Assembly: GCA_008632985.1 (NCBI GenBank)
Contig: QPGO01000118.1
Span: forward strand, 124,001 to 188,000
DNA length: 64,000 nt
Reading direction: 5' to 3'
DNA from: Psammoneis japonica
Lineage: Eukaryota
In this document: positions 1 through 13,420 of the stretch, one piece after another
Layout: each line of letters begins with the position of its first letter
How positions within the stretch are numbered: position 1 is the first letter of the stretch
Notes under the pieces: model-generated
Told to the model about the DNA's origin: nothing
Database searches by the model: none
Seen by the model: only the letters and a program-made list of their open reading frames with translations
Program-made: the position numbers and the translations under genes

Positions 1-880
1 GACAACAGCACATTGTCAAGTTCAATGATTGGCATTTGAAGGTTGACAAGGGCCATTTGCACACAGGTCCAACACCCCCTGATGGGGGGCAGAGACACTT
101 GCAAGTGTCAGCAGGGGCAGTCAGATGCGCCACAAAATGACACTGGCAAAGTGTGGGAAAACTGCAAAATCATGAGCTGTCAAAAAAAAGATCAAACCAA
201 TGACCCACTCTCAAGAACCCCTCTCTGATGTGATGGAATTTGCATGTCAGAGGCAAATCTTGGCTCCCTCAATTTGAGTGCTTTGGGAAACATGGGTCAT
301 GTGATCATGAAAATCAAACTGCACACAAATTTGGGTGTGCATGAGTTTGCCAAATTTTGGGCACAAATTTGGACATTCCTCCCTCTGTCACTTGAGATTT
401 GGTCACAAAAACAAACCACAGCTCCCTCTTCAGCAAGCCTCCAATGACCACACAAGAGCATTGATGAACACAAAAACTGCAAGAACACCCAAGAGTGATG
501 ATGTCAGCACTGTGATGTGACTTGATGTTGACTTTGGTGCTTCAACATGTTGTGTGCTGCCACCAGCTGGTGCCCACAACTGCCACAATCTTGCCCCCCT
601 GTCTCCTGTGCTGCAAGACCTGGGGCATGTCCATCTCAGCAGTCAAGCAAAAAATTGACAGCTGGCGAAGAGAGAGCTGCAGCAGAAAAGCAGCAGTGGG
701 TGTTGCCAAGACCCCCACCACAAGTGCTTGCTTTCTCTTTGGCACAATCTCACCACTTTCTTCTTCAACAACAATGGACCCGCAAGAAGATTTTCTGTTT
801 TCATGTTCTCCATTCGCTGTTCTAAAAGATCCCTGCCGGCACAAGGTGTCATTGCGCTGCGATTCTCGCTTTTCGTTTTC
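1..880. other. TpA-depleted, TpG/CpA-rich (hypermutated) domain, runs off the window start
   Basis: Essentially no TA dinucleotide until about 823 and 888; overlapping Cys/His-rich, Tyr-free spurious ORFs. Confidence 0.85.
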
Positions 881-884
881 AGGT

Positions 885-900
885 CTGTAGGGCCCTACAG
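885..900. promoter_or_regulatory. Perfect 16-bp palindrome CTGTAGGGCCCTACAG, with the recurring core TAGGGCCCTA
   Basis: Core recurs exactly at 10975-10984, 13185-13194 and 25336-25345; three copies lie about 200-260 bp upstream of an ATG. Regulatory role is inferred. Confidence 0.4.
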
Positions 901-1099
901 CAAGTAAGTGGTGCTTCATAGACGGACAGACCTAAGATAGATTTAACCATCGCGGGACTGGACTCGTGACTCATCACCGACTGTCCGCGTTCGGCAGGCA
1001 GCGATGATGGATGATGCGTTCAATGTTCAATGTACTGTATGTGGATGATGATGATGTTGTGTTTTGGAGTTTGTTTCTCGATGCAAGTCTTCATTTAGC

Positions 1100-2418
1100 A
1101 TGATGCGTTTGAATGTTGCCTTCCATCTTGTTTGCGCTCTTGGCGCTCTGAGCGGCACTGTTTCTGGCTTTGTGTCGCCTTCTCTTGATGCAACCATCAA
1201 ATTTGGGGTGAGAACGAATTGCCCTCTTGCATCACCACTGACAAAATGGGCGTCAGCTTCTGAAGATCACGAAGAAGATGCACGACAGGGAGGTTCTAGA
1301 TTCAAGGAAATGATGCAACAGGCACAGGCATCCGGCAGTTCATCTTTGCAGCGTGTACCTCCTCCACAGTATGAACCTTATGAGGAGCCACAGCAACCGG
1401 CGTCTCAGCCAAAAATCTCCGTGGATAACTTGTCTGTGGAAGATCAGGCTCTTTTGTTTCGACAATTCATGGCCAATCAGCAGCAGCCAGCCGTACTGCC
1501 TTCTCCTCCAAAGCAAATGAGGGGGGGAGTCGATGCACAGGGACGAAAGATTGGACGCAATAGGGATGCCGATTCGATTGCAAACTCCTCCGATGTGTAC
1601 TTTGCCCAGCTCAAAAGGGATTCGACTATACGGATACAGGCACGCATGCGTGGAGATGAAGAAACAGCTCAAAAAGTCTTTGCTGACCCAAGTATAAAGG
1701 AAATTGAAGAACAGTTAAGGAAGAATCCATACTTGACCGAGTAAGTTTGAAACGAGCCATGAATTTTCGTAACGGTTCCTATGTACCTTGTGATACTTTC
1801 TGACCACCATTCTTTATGTCATGTACTACTCTCTACTCTAGGCAGGAAGCTAGAAGCCGCTCGTTCATTGAGGGCACTTCTCAAGAAGAATCGTTGATTG
1901 TCGTTCCGGAGAAGGATAAGACGGACAAGCCTGAGACATACGCTGGAGTCAGCTTTCGCAAAAAGCTGGAGGAGGCGAAACGAAAAACGGCTGGAAGTGG
2001 TGGTGCATCAAAACACGCTCCTACCAATGCTGCTCCAAAAGCCCCTGTCCAGAAAGCCGTCACGCTAAAGCCAGCAGCAGAAAATTATGAGGATGTCCGT
2101 GGTTCACCGTCAACAGCCTATCCCAGCAATGCTGCTGCTGCTTCAAAAGGTGCTTCACCCAAACCAGCTGTGCCAAAACCAACGACAGAGTATGGAGACG
2201 CCCTTGATGCAACAATTGCCTGTGTGGAAGGTGCGATTACAGCGTACAAAAAGACACCTGAAAGTCTTCGAGAGGGTGCCGTCGTGACTCTGCATGCGGC
2301 TCTCATGGCAGCTGCCAATACTTGCGGTGTAATTATTGCGGAGAACAAGGAAAACCAACCAATCGCAGTACCGCAAGAGCTAGCCACCTCTTCCGTCCTC
2401 GAAGTAGTTTGTGAATAA
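1100..2418 (+). CDS. Hypothetical protein, probably plastid-targeted (2 exons: 1100-1740, 1842-2418)
   Basis: Signal peptide followed by VSG-FVSP (ASAFAP-like cleavage site); GTAAG...CTAG intron 1741-1841 joins ORFs 1064-1744 and 1816-2418 in frame. Confidence 0.75.
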
Positions 2419-2429
2419 TTTCGTGACGT

Positions 2430-2553
2430 CAGGTCCCTGACAAGATGCTCTTTGTGGGACGCCTAGGATGTCAATTGAGCATGCAGCACTCGCCAGGTCC
2501 TGACAAGACGCTGCTTGTGGTACGCATAGGATGCCAATTCAGCATTCAGCACT
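2430..2553 (+). repeat. Imperfect tandem duplication of about 60-64 bp between convergent genes
   Basis: caggtcc(c)tgacaaga...taggatg.caatt.agcat.cagcact at 2430-2490 and 2494-2553. Confidence 0.8.
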
Positions 2554-2652
2554 ACTTCAAGTGAGAGAATAAATATCGATTTCGTTTACATTATTTCAAT
2601 TTGGTGCGCATCTACCTTCACATGGTGGCAACACTTTTTCTCCATCAAAAGC

Positions 2653-5566
2653 TCACATGGTAAAGCACGTAAGTCCTTCGTACCTCCACGTATTAAACGT
2701 GCTCAGTTTTCTTGCTTTCAAGGTCTTTGGGTCGATTTTAACGAATCGGTCCGGATCCTGCTGCATGGCGTAAAGGAAACCTCCTGGTCCAAACTTGATG
2801 TCACTGACCACTATCCTCCTGCCATTTTCAGTTGCCCAAAGATTGCCCTTGATGAGATCACCAGTTGTGGCATCGTACTTGACTATTTCGCGGTCGTAGT
2901 GTTGCGTTGTCCACAATGTTGAAGAAGTAGCGTCATACGTAACGAAGTCACTGACAGGTGGGTCAATCAAAAAGTCAAACTCGAACGGAGGATTGGTTGC
3001 ATTCATGGTTACAATGCCGATCCCCTTACTCTGAGCTTGTCCTGCCGGTCGCCATGCTCCATAGAGTGAGTCACCTACAAACTCCATGTCCCACATTGAA
3101 CCGTACGGAAATTTGGAAGTGGACTTGAGTTTGAATGTTGATCCATCAAACCCCATCAGTCTTTGTTCCTCACAACATTCCGAAACATAAAGAGTGTTGC
3201 TATTGACATCATACGCAACTCCACTGAATCCCATGTTGCCTTGTGACGCGAGGTCAAGGTTCACAAGATACTGTCGTTTTCCCGTTTTAGGGTCGATGAG
3301 CGTCATGTCATAATCTCCGCATCCACATGTACTTCTAACTGCAAGCAAAGCGTTACCACATTCTTGCTTTATGTCATCTTCTGAAAGAAGCAAGACTTTC
3401 TTCATGATTTTGTTATAATCGCTCAAGACTGGGACGCGCTCCCGTAGTTTGCCCCGAATACATCGGCGAAACAGCGCTTGACTCTGGGAAGGGCTGCCCT
3501 CCTGATCGGAACACGAACGCAATAGTCTTAACATCACCTCATTGAGTGAGCAACCCGGATCGTCTTTCATCATGAAATTCTTAACACCAGGAACTACATA
3601 ATCTAGCACGGCTACCTCTTCGCTCAAATCTGTGAAAGGACATCGATCCCAAGCGTCAGGCGTTCCATCTCCGTCTCGATCACGCGAGAATATCTTGATC
3701 TTGTAGGGAATCGGGGAGGCGTCGGAGGCTACACCGTCTCCGCGAAATACCTCTATTGTGTATTCTCCGGAGTACGGAAGCTGTCTTATTTTCATTCTAG
3801 CGGGATCTCGGCCCGAGCTTCCCGCGGGACACTTCCGAGGCTCTTCCACACCGTGATGATGTGCAATGTACTCAAGTTTCTTGCCTCTTCCGGTACCATA
3901 GTAGAGCACAATGGTTAGGGGGTCGCCATTGCAATTCCCTGTTCGCTCTACAATGAACTCAGCGCTTCGACCTGCTTGGAGAACTGCCTTCCATCTCTGG
4001 TGCGACTTTGTTAGTTTCCTTCGTCTCCCTTGATTAGAACTGTCGAGGGTCCCCGCGTATCCAAGACTCCCTCTGCTGTCCGTCTGTGGAGTAAAGAAGA
4101 AAGGTACCAATGTGTGAGAAAAGAAAGAGTCAATCTTGCCGAGGTTCTCATTAACTACCTTACCTGGATCTCAAGATAAGACTTTAGCCCGTAGATCCCT
4201 TTTGAGCCTTTGCCACCGACTTGAACTGTGTATATTCCGGTATAAGGAATCCTACCAAGATTCAGCTGAGCGCCTCTCGAAGGTGTCTCTTGGCTGCAAT
4301 GGTTGGGAACAAAATTTCCTTCGACCCGTCTAACAGACTCCAAACCAGTTTTTGTGATACCTCCCCAGAATAACACGACGTTGTATTCTTTCTCCGGGCA
4401 ATCTTCAACTGGGCTGACATTTATCTTCAGGCTCCAACCGGCATGGAGAAAGACACTATACCAGCCTTTTCCTTGTCTGTTGAGTTCAAGGTAGGGATTG
4501 GTTGTAATCCATTTATCCGCCTTTCTAACCAAGGTTCTATCGGCAATCCGAATCTCTATAGCTTTCGAATAGTCGAGGAGGAAATCATTCTATTTCGGTA
4601 AAGAGAGCAATTCGCCAGCTTAGTGAGACAGAGATTACGAGGAGAAATTCGAATTCAACGAATGGGGCGTCTTGGTTGCCCAGCAAATCATGCTGAAGGC
4701 TTACCTCCATTAAAACCACGTAAGAAAAATCATGGATATTGAACTCTGCACCCCAGGGGTTCTGACTCCTCCTCTTGTTGACGACGATGGCATACTCACC
4801 ATCGTAAGGAAGTCTTTCAACCATTAGTTTTCTGGCTGCGCTTGTAGCAAAAGTCGAGCAATATTGGCTCCACTGTTCGCTCCATTCTTCTTCTTTGACT
4901 ACAATGAGATCGTCATTTTTTGGGTTTATGTAGTACAAACGGATTTCAATTCCATAGAAGTCGCAACGACTGCTTCGAGCACGGAACACTGTGACTTGAA
5001 GGTTCGTTCCCTTTTTCAGATTCAATGTCTTGTAGTGATCACTCCACACGGCGTTAAATCGATAGTACGGTTTGTCATTTTCTAGCGTAGCCTCGTACGA
5101 TTGTAGCCGCCTCGAACTCGAGTCAGAAATCTGATGCACGGAGTCAAGAATAATCTGAAAAAAATCTATGAGTTTCACACACAGGTCGAGCTGATACAGA
5201 GAGAGTTGGTACGTACACTGCTGGGTGTTTCGTCGGCAGCTTCCACGGTGCCAGGGTTGTCTTTTGAGGCCTCCTTGAAAAGTAGTAGGAACAACATTGA
5301 GACATTGACACTTCATAACTCTGAATACATAGCATAGTCTTACATTTGAAGTTGTCATTTCGCCCAGGATAGAACCTAGAAAATAAGCACAATCAAGAAA
5401 GAAGTGGATTGTGAGTTCCGAGGGCGTCAATTCTCGGACAAAGGCACTTAAAACAAGGATTACAAAACCACTCACGAATCCTCCCCACCAAATTACGGTC
5501 AGAATCGCACTGCTTACCTAGAAGAAAGGCGAATAGGATCGCCAATGGCATAATGCTGGATCTCAT
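2653..5566 (-). CDS. Multi-exon secreted protein: repeated beta-sandwich (PPC-like) modules, a DxDxDG/TSP3-like Ca-binding motif and a probable C-terminal beta-propeller
   Basis: Signal peptide MRSSIMPLAILFAFLLG with GTAAG donor at 5517; ORFs 4585-5475, 4155-4532 and 2653-4110 each contain a (L/I)PY.G.Y.I.V module; DRDGDGTPDAWDRCP motif. Internal exon borders not fully resolved. Confidence 0.65.
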
Positions 5567-6344
5567 GGTCTTTTTTTCACGGTGTGATTTGTTTTGAATT
5601 GTGTTTTGGACAGCTGATTCTTTGTTCTCTATGACCAGACGAGTGTGGGTTCGGTTTTGTGACACGAAAGAGAACTCGCGAATTCTCGACTGTTGAGGCG
5701 TTGTTCGTTTTTTACACATCGACAAATCGGGTGCATTGATCTCTTTCTTAAGTGTTTAGTGTCGAAAGTCATCCATATTTTGTCAATGGACACTGATGAA
5801 GGAGTCACCGTGTCCTACCTGCCGGCCCTTCACCCTCGTGCCTCGTGCCGTAACCGACCTTGGACGAGCAGGAGAAGGAAAACGCACTTGCGTGGCCGTT
5901 CACGCGGTCGCCCCTCGGCCCACACAAAACAGTGGTCGCTCTGGTGGGGCAGCGACAGCAGCAACATCAAGGAAGCTCCCACCTGCAAAGGAGCTTGCAA
6001 GGTCATCATGATCAAGAAGGACCTTGGCACGATGCACTCAAACACCTTCGGTCACTTGCCGGGGCAAAAGAAAAGCTCAAAAGACCCTCATCACAACAAG
6101 GTGCTGCAACAAGAAACTTTGGCAGGGGAGGTGGGCACCACAGCGGCAAAAAGCAAGCCACAGCTCACCCCGCAAGTTTGCTGCTGTGCACTGCCCCACA
6201 GTGGACAGACAATCGCTGCAATTCAGATCCCCAGCTTTGCAAGGGTTGGCAGAAAACTTGGCTCTGAGAAAGACAGCAGGTGCGCAGAAAAGACAAGAAT
6301 GCTGGTGTGTTGTGCTTTCTCTTCACATTCTCAAGGAGGCCACG

Positions 6345-6985
6345 TGTGCCATGAGCATGCTTGGTGCACTTGCCCTTGTCATGCTCTTCTTTTCTTTGGT
6401 GCCAGCTCTGCTGGAGACCTGAACTGTTGGTTTGACATCACTTTGGTGCACGCTTTTAGCTCTTGTGGCATTCCTCTCTCACAGAGATCATCACACCCAC
6501 AACTGTGCGCTGCAGTGTGATGTGATGGTTTGTTGCAGATGATCCCTTTTGGACAACAACTGGGCATGTCTCTCAAAGATGCCACATGAATCATGAGTGC
6601 ACACAGCGCAGCTGCTCTTGTCACACTCTTCTTTCCTTTGGCACGCACAGCGCAGCTGCTCTTGTCACACTCTTCTTTCCTTTGGCACCAGCTCTGCTGG
6701 AGACCTGGATGACCATTGGTTTGATGTCCCTTCAGCGTGCACTTTTGGTTGTGGCACAGCTCTCACAGAGATTGTCGCCTGTGGCTGCAGACTGCAATGT
6801 GGCGGCAGTTTGTTGCAGGTGACACCTTTTGGACAACAACTGGACATGTCTCTCAAGGATGGTGCACAAGCCATGAGTGCACACACAATGCCCTTGCTGT
6901 TGTCATGCTCTTTTTTTTTCCTTTGGCACCAGCTCTGCTGGGGTCCTGAACCTGTGGTTTGATGCCACTTTGGTGCGAGCTTTTG
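6345..6985 (+). repeat. About 2.5 tandem copies of a ~240-bp unit with an internal ~45-bp duplication (6599-6688)
   Basis: ttgg(tg/ca)ccagctctgctgg.g.cct at about 6396, 6682 and 6923; copies differ by TG/CA swaps. Confidence 0.75.
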
Positions 6986-8338
6986 GTTGAGGGTGCATCT
7001 CTGACCGAGACTGTTGCCCACAACTGCAAGAAGCTGCAGCATGACAACAGTGTGCCTCAAGTGCTCGTCTCTCCTGCCTCTGGCTTGGAAGAATTTCTGT
7101 TTTTGGAAAATGCTCCAAAAGTGTCCATTGTGCTGCACTGCCGCTGTGACACTGTGCAACTTCCACCAACTGCCACATGCTGTGCAACTTCCACCAAATG
7201 CAGTGCCAGCCACAGTGCTCCAAACCTGCTGACGTCAAGCGACTTTTGCCAATCTCTGTGTCATTGTTGTGGCTGGATGTGAGGAACTGCTGGACAGCTC
7301 TTGCATTTTTCATGATGTGTGCAGTGCACAAAACTTTGTGACAAAATGCATCATCTGTCCTGGCACGTTTCTCTTGCAATCATGGCGTTCTCCACTTGCT
7401 CCATCTGCCGTTTTTGGTTTTTGTGTGCCATGTGCAACAACACGCTCACTGAACACAATGCCCCAACCAAAGACGAGCATTGTGCATCAACAAAATTTTC
7501 TGAAACTCCAAACAAGTCACTCGCTCAACCATTTCTCCAACTGCTTTTAATTCAAGATTGAAGATGTCCTCACCATTCAGCACCCTGCCCCCAAATTCAT
7601 TCGGCAGCTCCTGCAACTCAATGATTGTCTCAAAGAAGCCCAAACTGCCTGTTCAATCTTCGTTGCTGCTTGTCTTGCTCCACCAAAGGGATCAGAGTCA
7701 ATTCAGCATGAAGAAATTGCTGCTGCACATCAAGACATCATCTTCCCAACTGACGGAAGTGGAACTGGTGCTGCTGTCAACAATGATTGCCAACAATTTC
7801 ATCGTCAGAAGACAAACAACAGGCAATGTTTTCATTCTTGCATCAGAAGCATCAACTCAAAATGCTCATCGACCACATCACTGAAGCTCCGGCAGCCGGA
7901 GATCAAGCTGAAGCACTCTGAGATGTCATGCTTCAGCCATTGTCACAGAAAACTGTCTGCGGCTGCTGGCTGTGGTCATTTGTTTGCAAGAGCGGGGATT
8001 TCATCCCGGGTCCAAACAAGAGGATTCCAGATTGTTGTCAAGCTCTCCTCTCAAAACCTGGGATGGATGCACGGGCTGACAATGACACAACTGTGCCACA
8101 ATTTTTACATTGTTTGCAACAGCTCCATTCATTTGGTTTCAACATGACAACTCAACCATGTGCTGTGTTCTTTCTGCAGCGCAACTGATTCTGCACAGCA
8201 TGATGATGAAAAATCCTGCAGCAGATCATGCAGAACAGATTCACCTCTGTTGTTTGAACATTGGCCGACATGTGCAAAACTCCATTTTGGACAAGGATGT
8301 TTTCAAGCATGTCTGCAAGGGAGACAGAGGAGATCCCA

Positions 8339-8457
8339 GACAAGTGCTTGACAACCTCCTCAAACCTTGTGAAACATCACAACAAAAGAAGAGGTTTTGA
8401 CAAGTGCTTGACAACCTCCTCAAACCTTGTGAAACATCACAACGAAGAAGAGGTTTT
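8339..8457 (+). repeat. Near-perfect 60-bp tandem duplication
   Basis: gacaagtgcttgacaacctcctcaaaccttgtgaaacatcacaac...gaggtttt at 8339 and 8399. Confidence 0.9.
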
Positions 8458-11244
8458 GCCAGCTGATTAATCTGCAGCACCTCATGAAAAGTGGAGTCGA
8501 CAATGTTTGCATGAATGTTGTCAGTGCCTTGAAAGAGTGTGGTCTGTTGATGATTGCCAAATTTCTGCCGTTCGAGGAATGCATGGATGCAATCACTTTC
8601 AAGTTCGATGGTCAATGGGAGGACAAGAAACCAATTTTCAAGCAAGAATTTGGGTCCAGATTGAAACTTTCACAGCCTCCACCTCTGACTCATGAAAATC
8701 TCATTGTTGGAGTCCAACAACAGACTGACGACAGCTTTGGTGGCGGGCTGTTGTTTTTGGTTCAAGATTCATTGGTTTGCCGACCCTTCACTGATGTTGG
8801 TCTTGACTCACCACTTTCAATGAAGGTTGCATGTTTGCACTGCCTTGTGCCAGGCTTGGCATTCACAGCCAATGCAGATGAGTTGGACCACGTTCCATCA
8901 TTGATGAGAAGTGGAAGACTTTCTGAGGACTCCACCCCAACCAGTGAATGCTCCCCAGTCAAGGCCGGTTCCAACAATCACCGCGCTTTTTGAAAGAATT
9001 TGGATTGCTGCTTCTCCACAACATCGAAGAAATTTGTAAAAATGGGTCTGTCATTTTCTCTTGAGACAAATTCAGAGAAGAGACATGGTGCATTGACATG
9101 AAATTCCGGTCTCTGAGAGCTTCCCCAAAACATCTCCTTGCCTCCCAATGACAAGATGACGGCATCTAACTGTAAATTCACAATGCATCTCCTCATTGAC
9201 AATCAACCGCACATTGTTTGCCATTCTTCCGTTGATCTTTGTGGTGATGGTCACAGCTGACGCAACAGCAAAATGCATCACCGACACTCACAACAATCCC
9301 AAGAAAATGCCAGGAAGCATTTTTGACTTCAGAAAAGACTTGGGGGGGGGGGGGTGCCAACTGGTGCCCCAGAAGACAGATTTGGAACATGCTGATTTCA
9401 GGAGTGTTGCCAAAGTGTAGCTCCTCTGAAGTTCACCACCTTTGTTTGTGACATGCAATGATGCACTGTGTGATGGAGCCAAGACGCACTTTAGCACATC
9501 ATTGCAAAGAGACAACTGGGTTCCTGGCAGCTTGCATGGATCCAAAACAGAGAAAAACTCATTGTGGTGCACTGAATGTGCAGAAAAGAATCTGCTTGAA
9601 GAATTGTTCAAACACCTCAGATCAAAGTGATGAACAAGCACAAGGCAAGAACTGTTGGAAGGATGGAGAAGGATGAAAAACTTCCACTGGGGGGGTCATC
9701 AGTTGACTCAGAATGCTGGTGCATGACTGATGCTGGAAGGAGGGTTGTCATGACCATTGTTGGGGCAACAGACCACAAGGAAGGAACCCGCATTGGATGC
9801 TGTGATGTCACTGCTGGTGTTGGAGGAGCCAAAGTTGCTGGTTTCATTGTTGGCTCTGAGCCACCAGTGCCAGTCAGAGCCAATGATGGAGACTCATTCA
9901 TCTCTTCTAAATCCAGCACCCTTGCATTTCCTTCCCAATCATGTCATCCATGTCACGTGTGGCCCAACAACCCTTTGTGCAGTTGAATGACAATGCAAGA
10001 GCCACAGCTGCTGAGACTTGCAATCCACCCTCAACATTTTAAGTTTCCCATTCCATGCTCACCAGACAAGGAGTCACCAAGCATGATCCAGTCACAGCCA
10101 TCATGCTCTTCTTCTTCTTTTTCTTCTTGACACTCCAGCAGCTGTCAAAGTCACAGCAGCACATCACGGGATGTGAACACAGCCTCCTCCCTTTGACACT
10201 CAAGAACAACAAGGGCCTGACCCTGTCTGTCAACATTGTGGTCATCAACAGCATCCCTTTCTTTCTCATCTCATTGAATTTTTAAGTTGGTCATTTTTGA
10301 CTTCTCCTGGACTGGCGGAAGCATGTCTCCAAACACCAAGATGTGAGCTGCAGCTTGTTGCTCCTGCACTGTCACAAACAATCCAAACAAATGCTGTGAG
10401 CTCATGGGATGCACCCCATGCTCTCAATCAGCAAAAGCTGTGCAGGTGTTGCTGCCACTTCCCACACACCAGAAGCCAAGGCTTTCTTGCTTGTGAAGCC
10501 AACTGTGTGACAGAATTTGACCCCAAAAAATGTTGAAGTGAACAGCTGTTCACCAGTGGCAACAGCCCATGATCCCATTTGGAAGCTCTGCACACAAGAA
10601 AGAAACCAAAATTTGAAAAGATCAGCCCCATTGTCTCCCTTTGGTCTCCCTCTTACAGCCTGCTCAAGAGCACAATCTGTCCATCGATTTGCAGTGGGTG
10701 CCCACACACACTGGACTGGAAGGCAACAAAAGACCTCACCAACCTTTGTCGAGAACAAAAACCAATTGCAAATCAAGTCATGCTCCCGCAACACTGAAAA
10801 CCTTTCTGAAAACAAAGAGAACACAGTGCAACACGTTGCCGCCATCGCCGCTGACACTCTCACCTGTGCACCGTACAAGAGTGTTAATAAAAAATGAAAA
10901 ATAACATGTCGTGAGTCGTGAGCCAATGTGAGTGTCCGACCGTGTCTCAGCACAGTACCGGTACGGCTGTACTGTAGGGCCCTACGAAACGATGGTACGA
11001 CTATGCCACACGTAACGGTAAATCTTATGTTAGATATGCGACATTGAAGAATCAAAAATGAGTTGAATCTCGCGTGCCTGTCAATTTTTGGCGGGGAATC
11101 TCCATGATTCGATGAAACTCACATTTTGAGACGAAACCACACGAACATCGGAATGTTCCGTCCACGCTGCAACAAAAATTCTTGTGTAAGAAAAGAAGTA
11201 ACACAAAGAATTTGAAGGGAAAAAGTGGCAGAATCGCAACCAAG

Positions 11245-12909
11245 ATGGTGGCGCAACATTGTCTCTTTTTGATGTTTGGTTTGCTGTCGGTGAGCGTCGT
11301 GGCCACTCGTACAGCATCACGATGTGGTCAGCCCAAGCACATTCATCTTGCCGTGGGAACAGACTCATCCACCAGCATGACTGTATCCTTCTCATCCTCA
11401 CCCTGTAAAGGTGACCCAATGAAGCCATCAGGTGCCGTGATGATTGGCACTAGCAAGGACCGCACGGATCGTATCGTTGTTTCAGCAGATATGCCAATTC
11501 GAGACGAATTTGTCCTATTTCCCGACAGGAAGGGGCGATCGAACGGGAATTACACGTCGGATTACTATCATCATATTCAAATTACAGGCCTCGAACCAAA
11601 TCAAAAGTACTACTACAGATGCCTTGTCACTTGGGGAGGTTTGAAGGACCAAGAATTGTCGGACGCGCCTCAAACGATCGAGCGACAAGACTCAGGTAGA
11701 CGAATGTTAAGAAGCGAAACGCAGCTGACAATCGCAGAGTCTGAACCAAGATTTTTTTGGACAGCCCCTGCGCCAGGACAAGGAGTAGGTCCAACACGCC
11801 CCATCAAGGGTATTCTCAAACTAGCCATTCTCGGCGACTTGGGTTATCAACAACGAGGAAAGGACACAATGGCCACTCTATCTAGCCAGCGAGACGAGAT
11901 TAGCGCCGTTCTTCTAGCCGGTGATATCGCATATCCAAGGTCAAGGCCAGAAGGTTGGGATGAATGGTTTGACGCCATGGAGAGTTTCCCGGCCTTTTCA
12001 GAGCTGCCGATACAGATTGCGGCCGGTAACCATGACATTGAAGCGAGACGAAATGGTGACGTGTTTATGGATGTAAGCTACAGCACCTTTTTGATTTGAC
12101 AAACCACCTTGCTTGGAGCATGAATCTCATTCAGTTTGACTCGCTCTGTCTCTATTTTTCAGTATGAAAACAGGTTTTACATGCCCAAGATTAAAGCACC
12201 AGAGACAAGGCCGTACAAGTTTTCAGACCCCCACCGATTCCCACCGTTGAGCTTGGATTCAATTCCATACCCACTCGAGTACGACTTTGGCAATTCCTTC
12301 TACTCCTTTGTCTATGGACCGACTCACAATGTGGTCATCAACTCGTACGCCAACTTCAACCCCGGATCTAATCAATACAAGTGGCTCGTATCGGAACTCG
12401 GTTCGGTCAATCGAAGCTTGACGCCGTGGCTCTTTGTGACTATGCACGTTCCCATTTATAATACCTATCATGTTCATCACAAGGATATTCAGCTACTCAT
12501 GGCCAAGGAGCACTTGGAAGCTTTGTTCATCAAGCACCAGGTCAATATCGTTTTCTCGGGCCATGTCCACGCCTATCTCCGAACGCATCCAGTTGTACAT
12601 GACGAGTTGAATTCCAAAGGACCCATTCATATCGTGGTGGGCGACGGTGGCCGAGCAGCCGAGGCTCCCTTTAAATGTCAAGCGGGAGAAGAATGGGTTG
12701 CCGCTCGTGATGCCACGTATTTTGGATACGGGACCATTGAAATCTTGAATCATACACACTTGCAATGGGAATGGGTTCACAGTGCTCGTAATGACGATGA
12801 CAATCGCGTGTGGCATCCCCGACCAAAAGTCAACCAGACGTTTGACGAAATCACGTCGCCACCCGTGGAACACGACAGTGCCATTATTCAAAATCAATAC
12901 TTTTTGTAA
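11245..12909 (+). CDS. Purple acid phosphatase, secreted metallophosphoesterase (exons 11245-12072, 12163-12909)
   Basis: Signal peptide; FN3-like N-domain (PKHIHLA, YYHHIQITGLEPNQKYYY); motifs GDLG, GDIAY, GNHD, MH, GHVH; GTAAG...TTCAG intron 12073-12162. Confidence 0.93.
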
Positions 12910-13420
12910 AATAGAAAATAATGCCCATGTTTGTACAGTTCCATCTCCATCGTTTCAGTAATTGTACAGCTTTCTTTTTTGTCGCTCCACATGCCCCAAG
13001 GCGAGTGAGAAATGGAGCTTTCTCGCCACAACGCGTATCCAATGGCCTTTTCTAGACAAAGTCACTCTTTATCACTCATTGCTCGATTCTTTTCAGGATT
13101 TTGACGCATCACAAGGCAAGATCACTGCATGTGCAAGTCCCAAACTAGCTTTCCACCTTGTTTCTTCTATTCTCGTTATCACCATAGGGCCCTACTAGCT
13201 ACTTCCATACTGTACTCGCACGATCGCGTTGACGGTTTCCTTGATTATTCATGCGGGGGGGCGGACAGGCGTCGTCGGAGGGAAGTTCTGCGATATTATC
13301 TGTATTCGAAACTGAGGTATATTCATTTTTTCCCGCGCTTCTCCACCGCAATCAAAAGAGGCACCATGCACAAATAAATCAACGCAACATTTATGGTCAA
13401 CAAGATCGGCATCGGCAACC

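Larger units (their letters stand above)
5860..10870. other. TpA-depleted (hypermutated) domain of about 5 kb with degenerate repeats, no recognisable intact gene
   Basis: TA nearly absent, residual mostly in TTAA/TTTA/TAAA contexts; dense spurious C/H-rich ORFs in all six frames. Confidence 0.85.

Noticed and set aside
885..910. Helitron 3' hairpin at the TAGGGCCCTA palindromes
   Set aside because: No consistent CTRR terminus at the expected distance after the copies at 885 and 10974.
5791..10828. CACTA-type element bounded by CACTG (5791) and CAGTG (10824)
   Set aside because: The match does not extend beyond 5 bp and I found no TSD or subterminal repeats.
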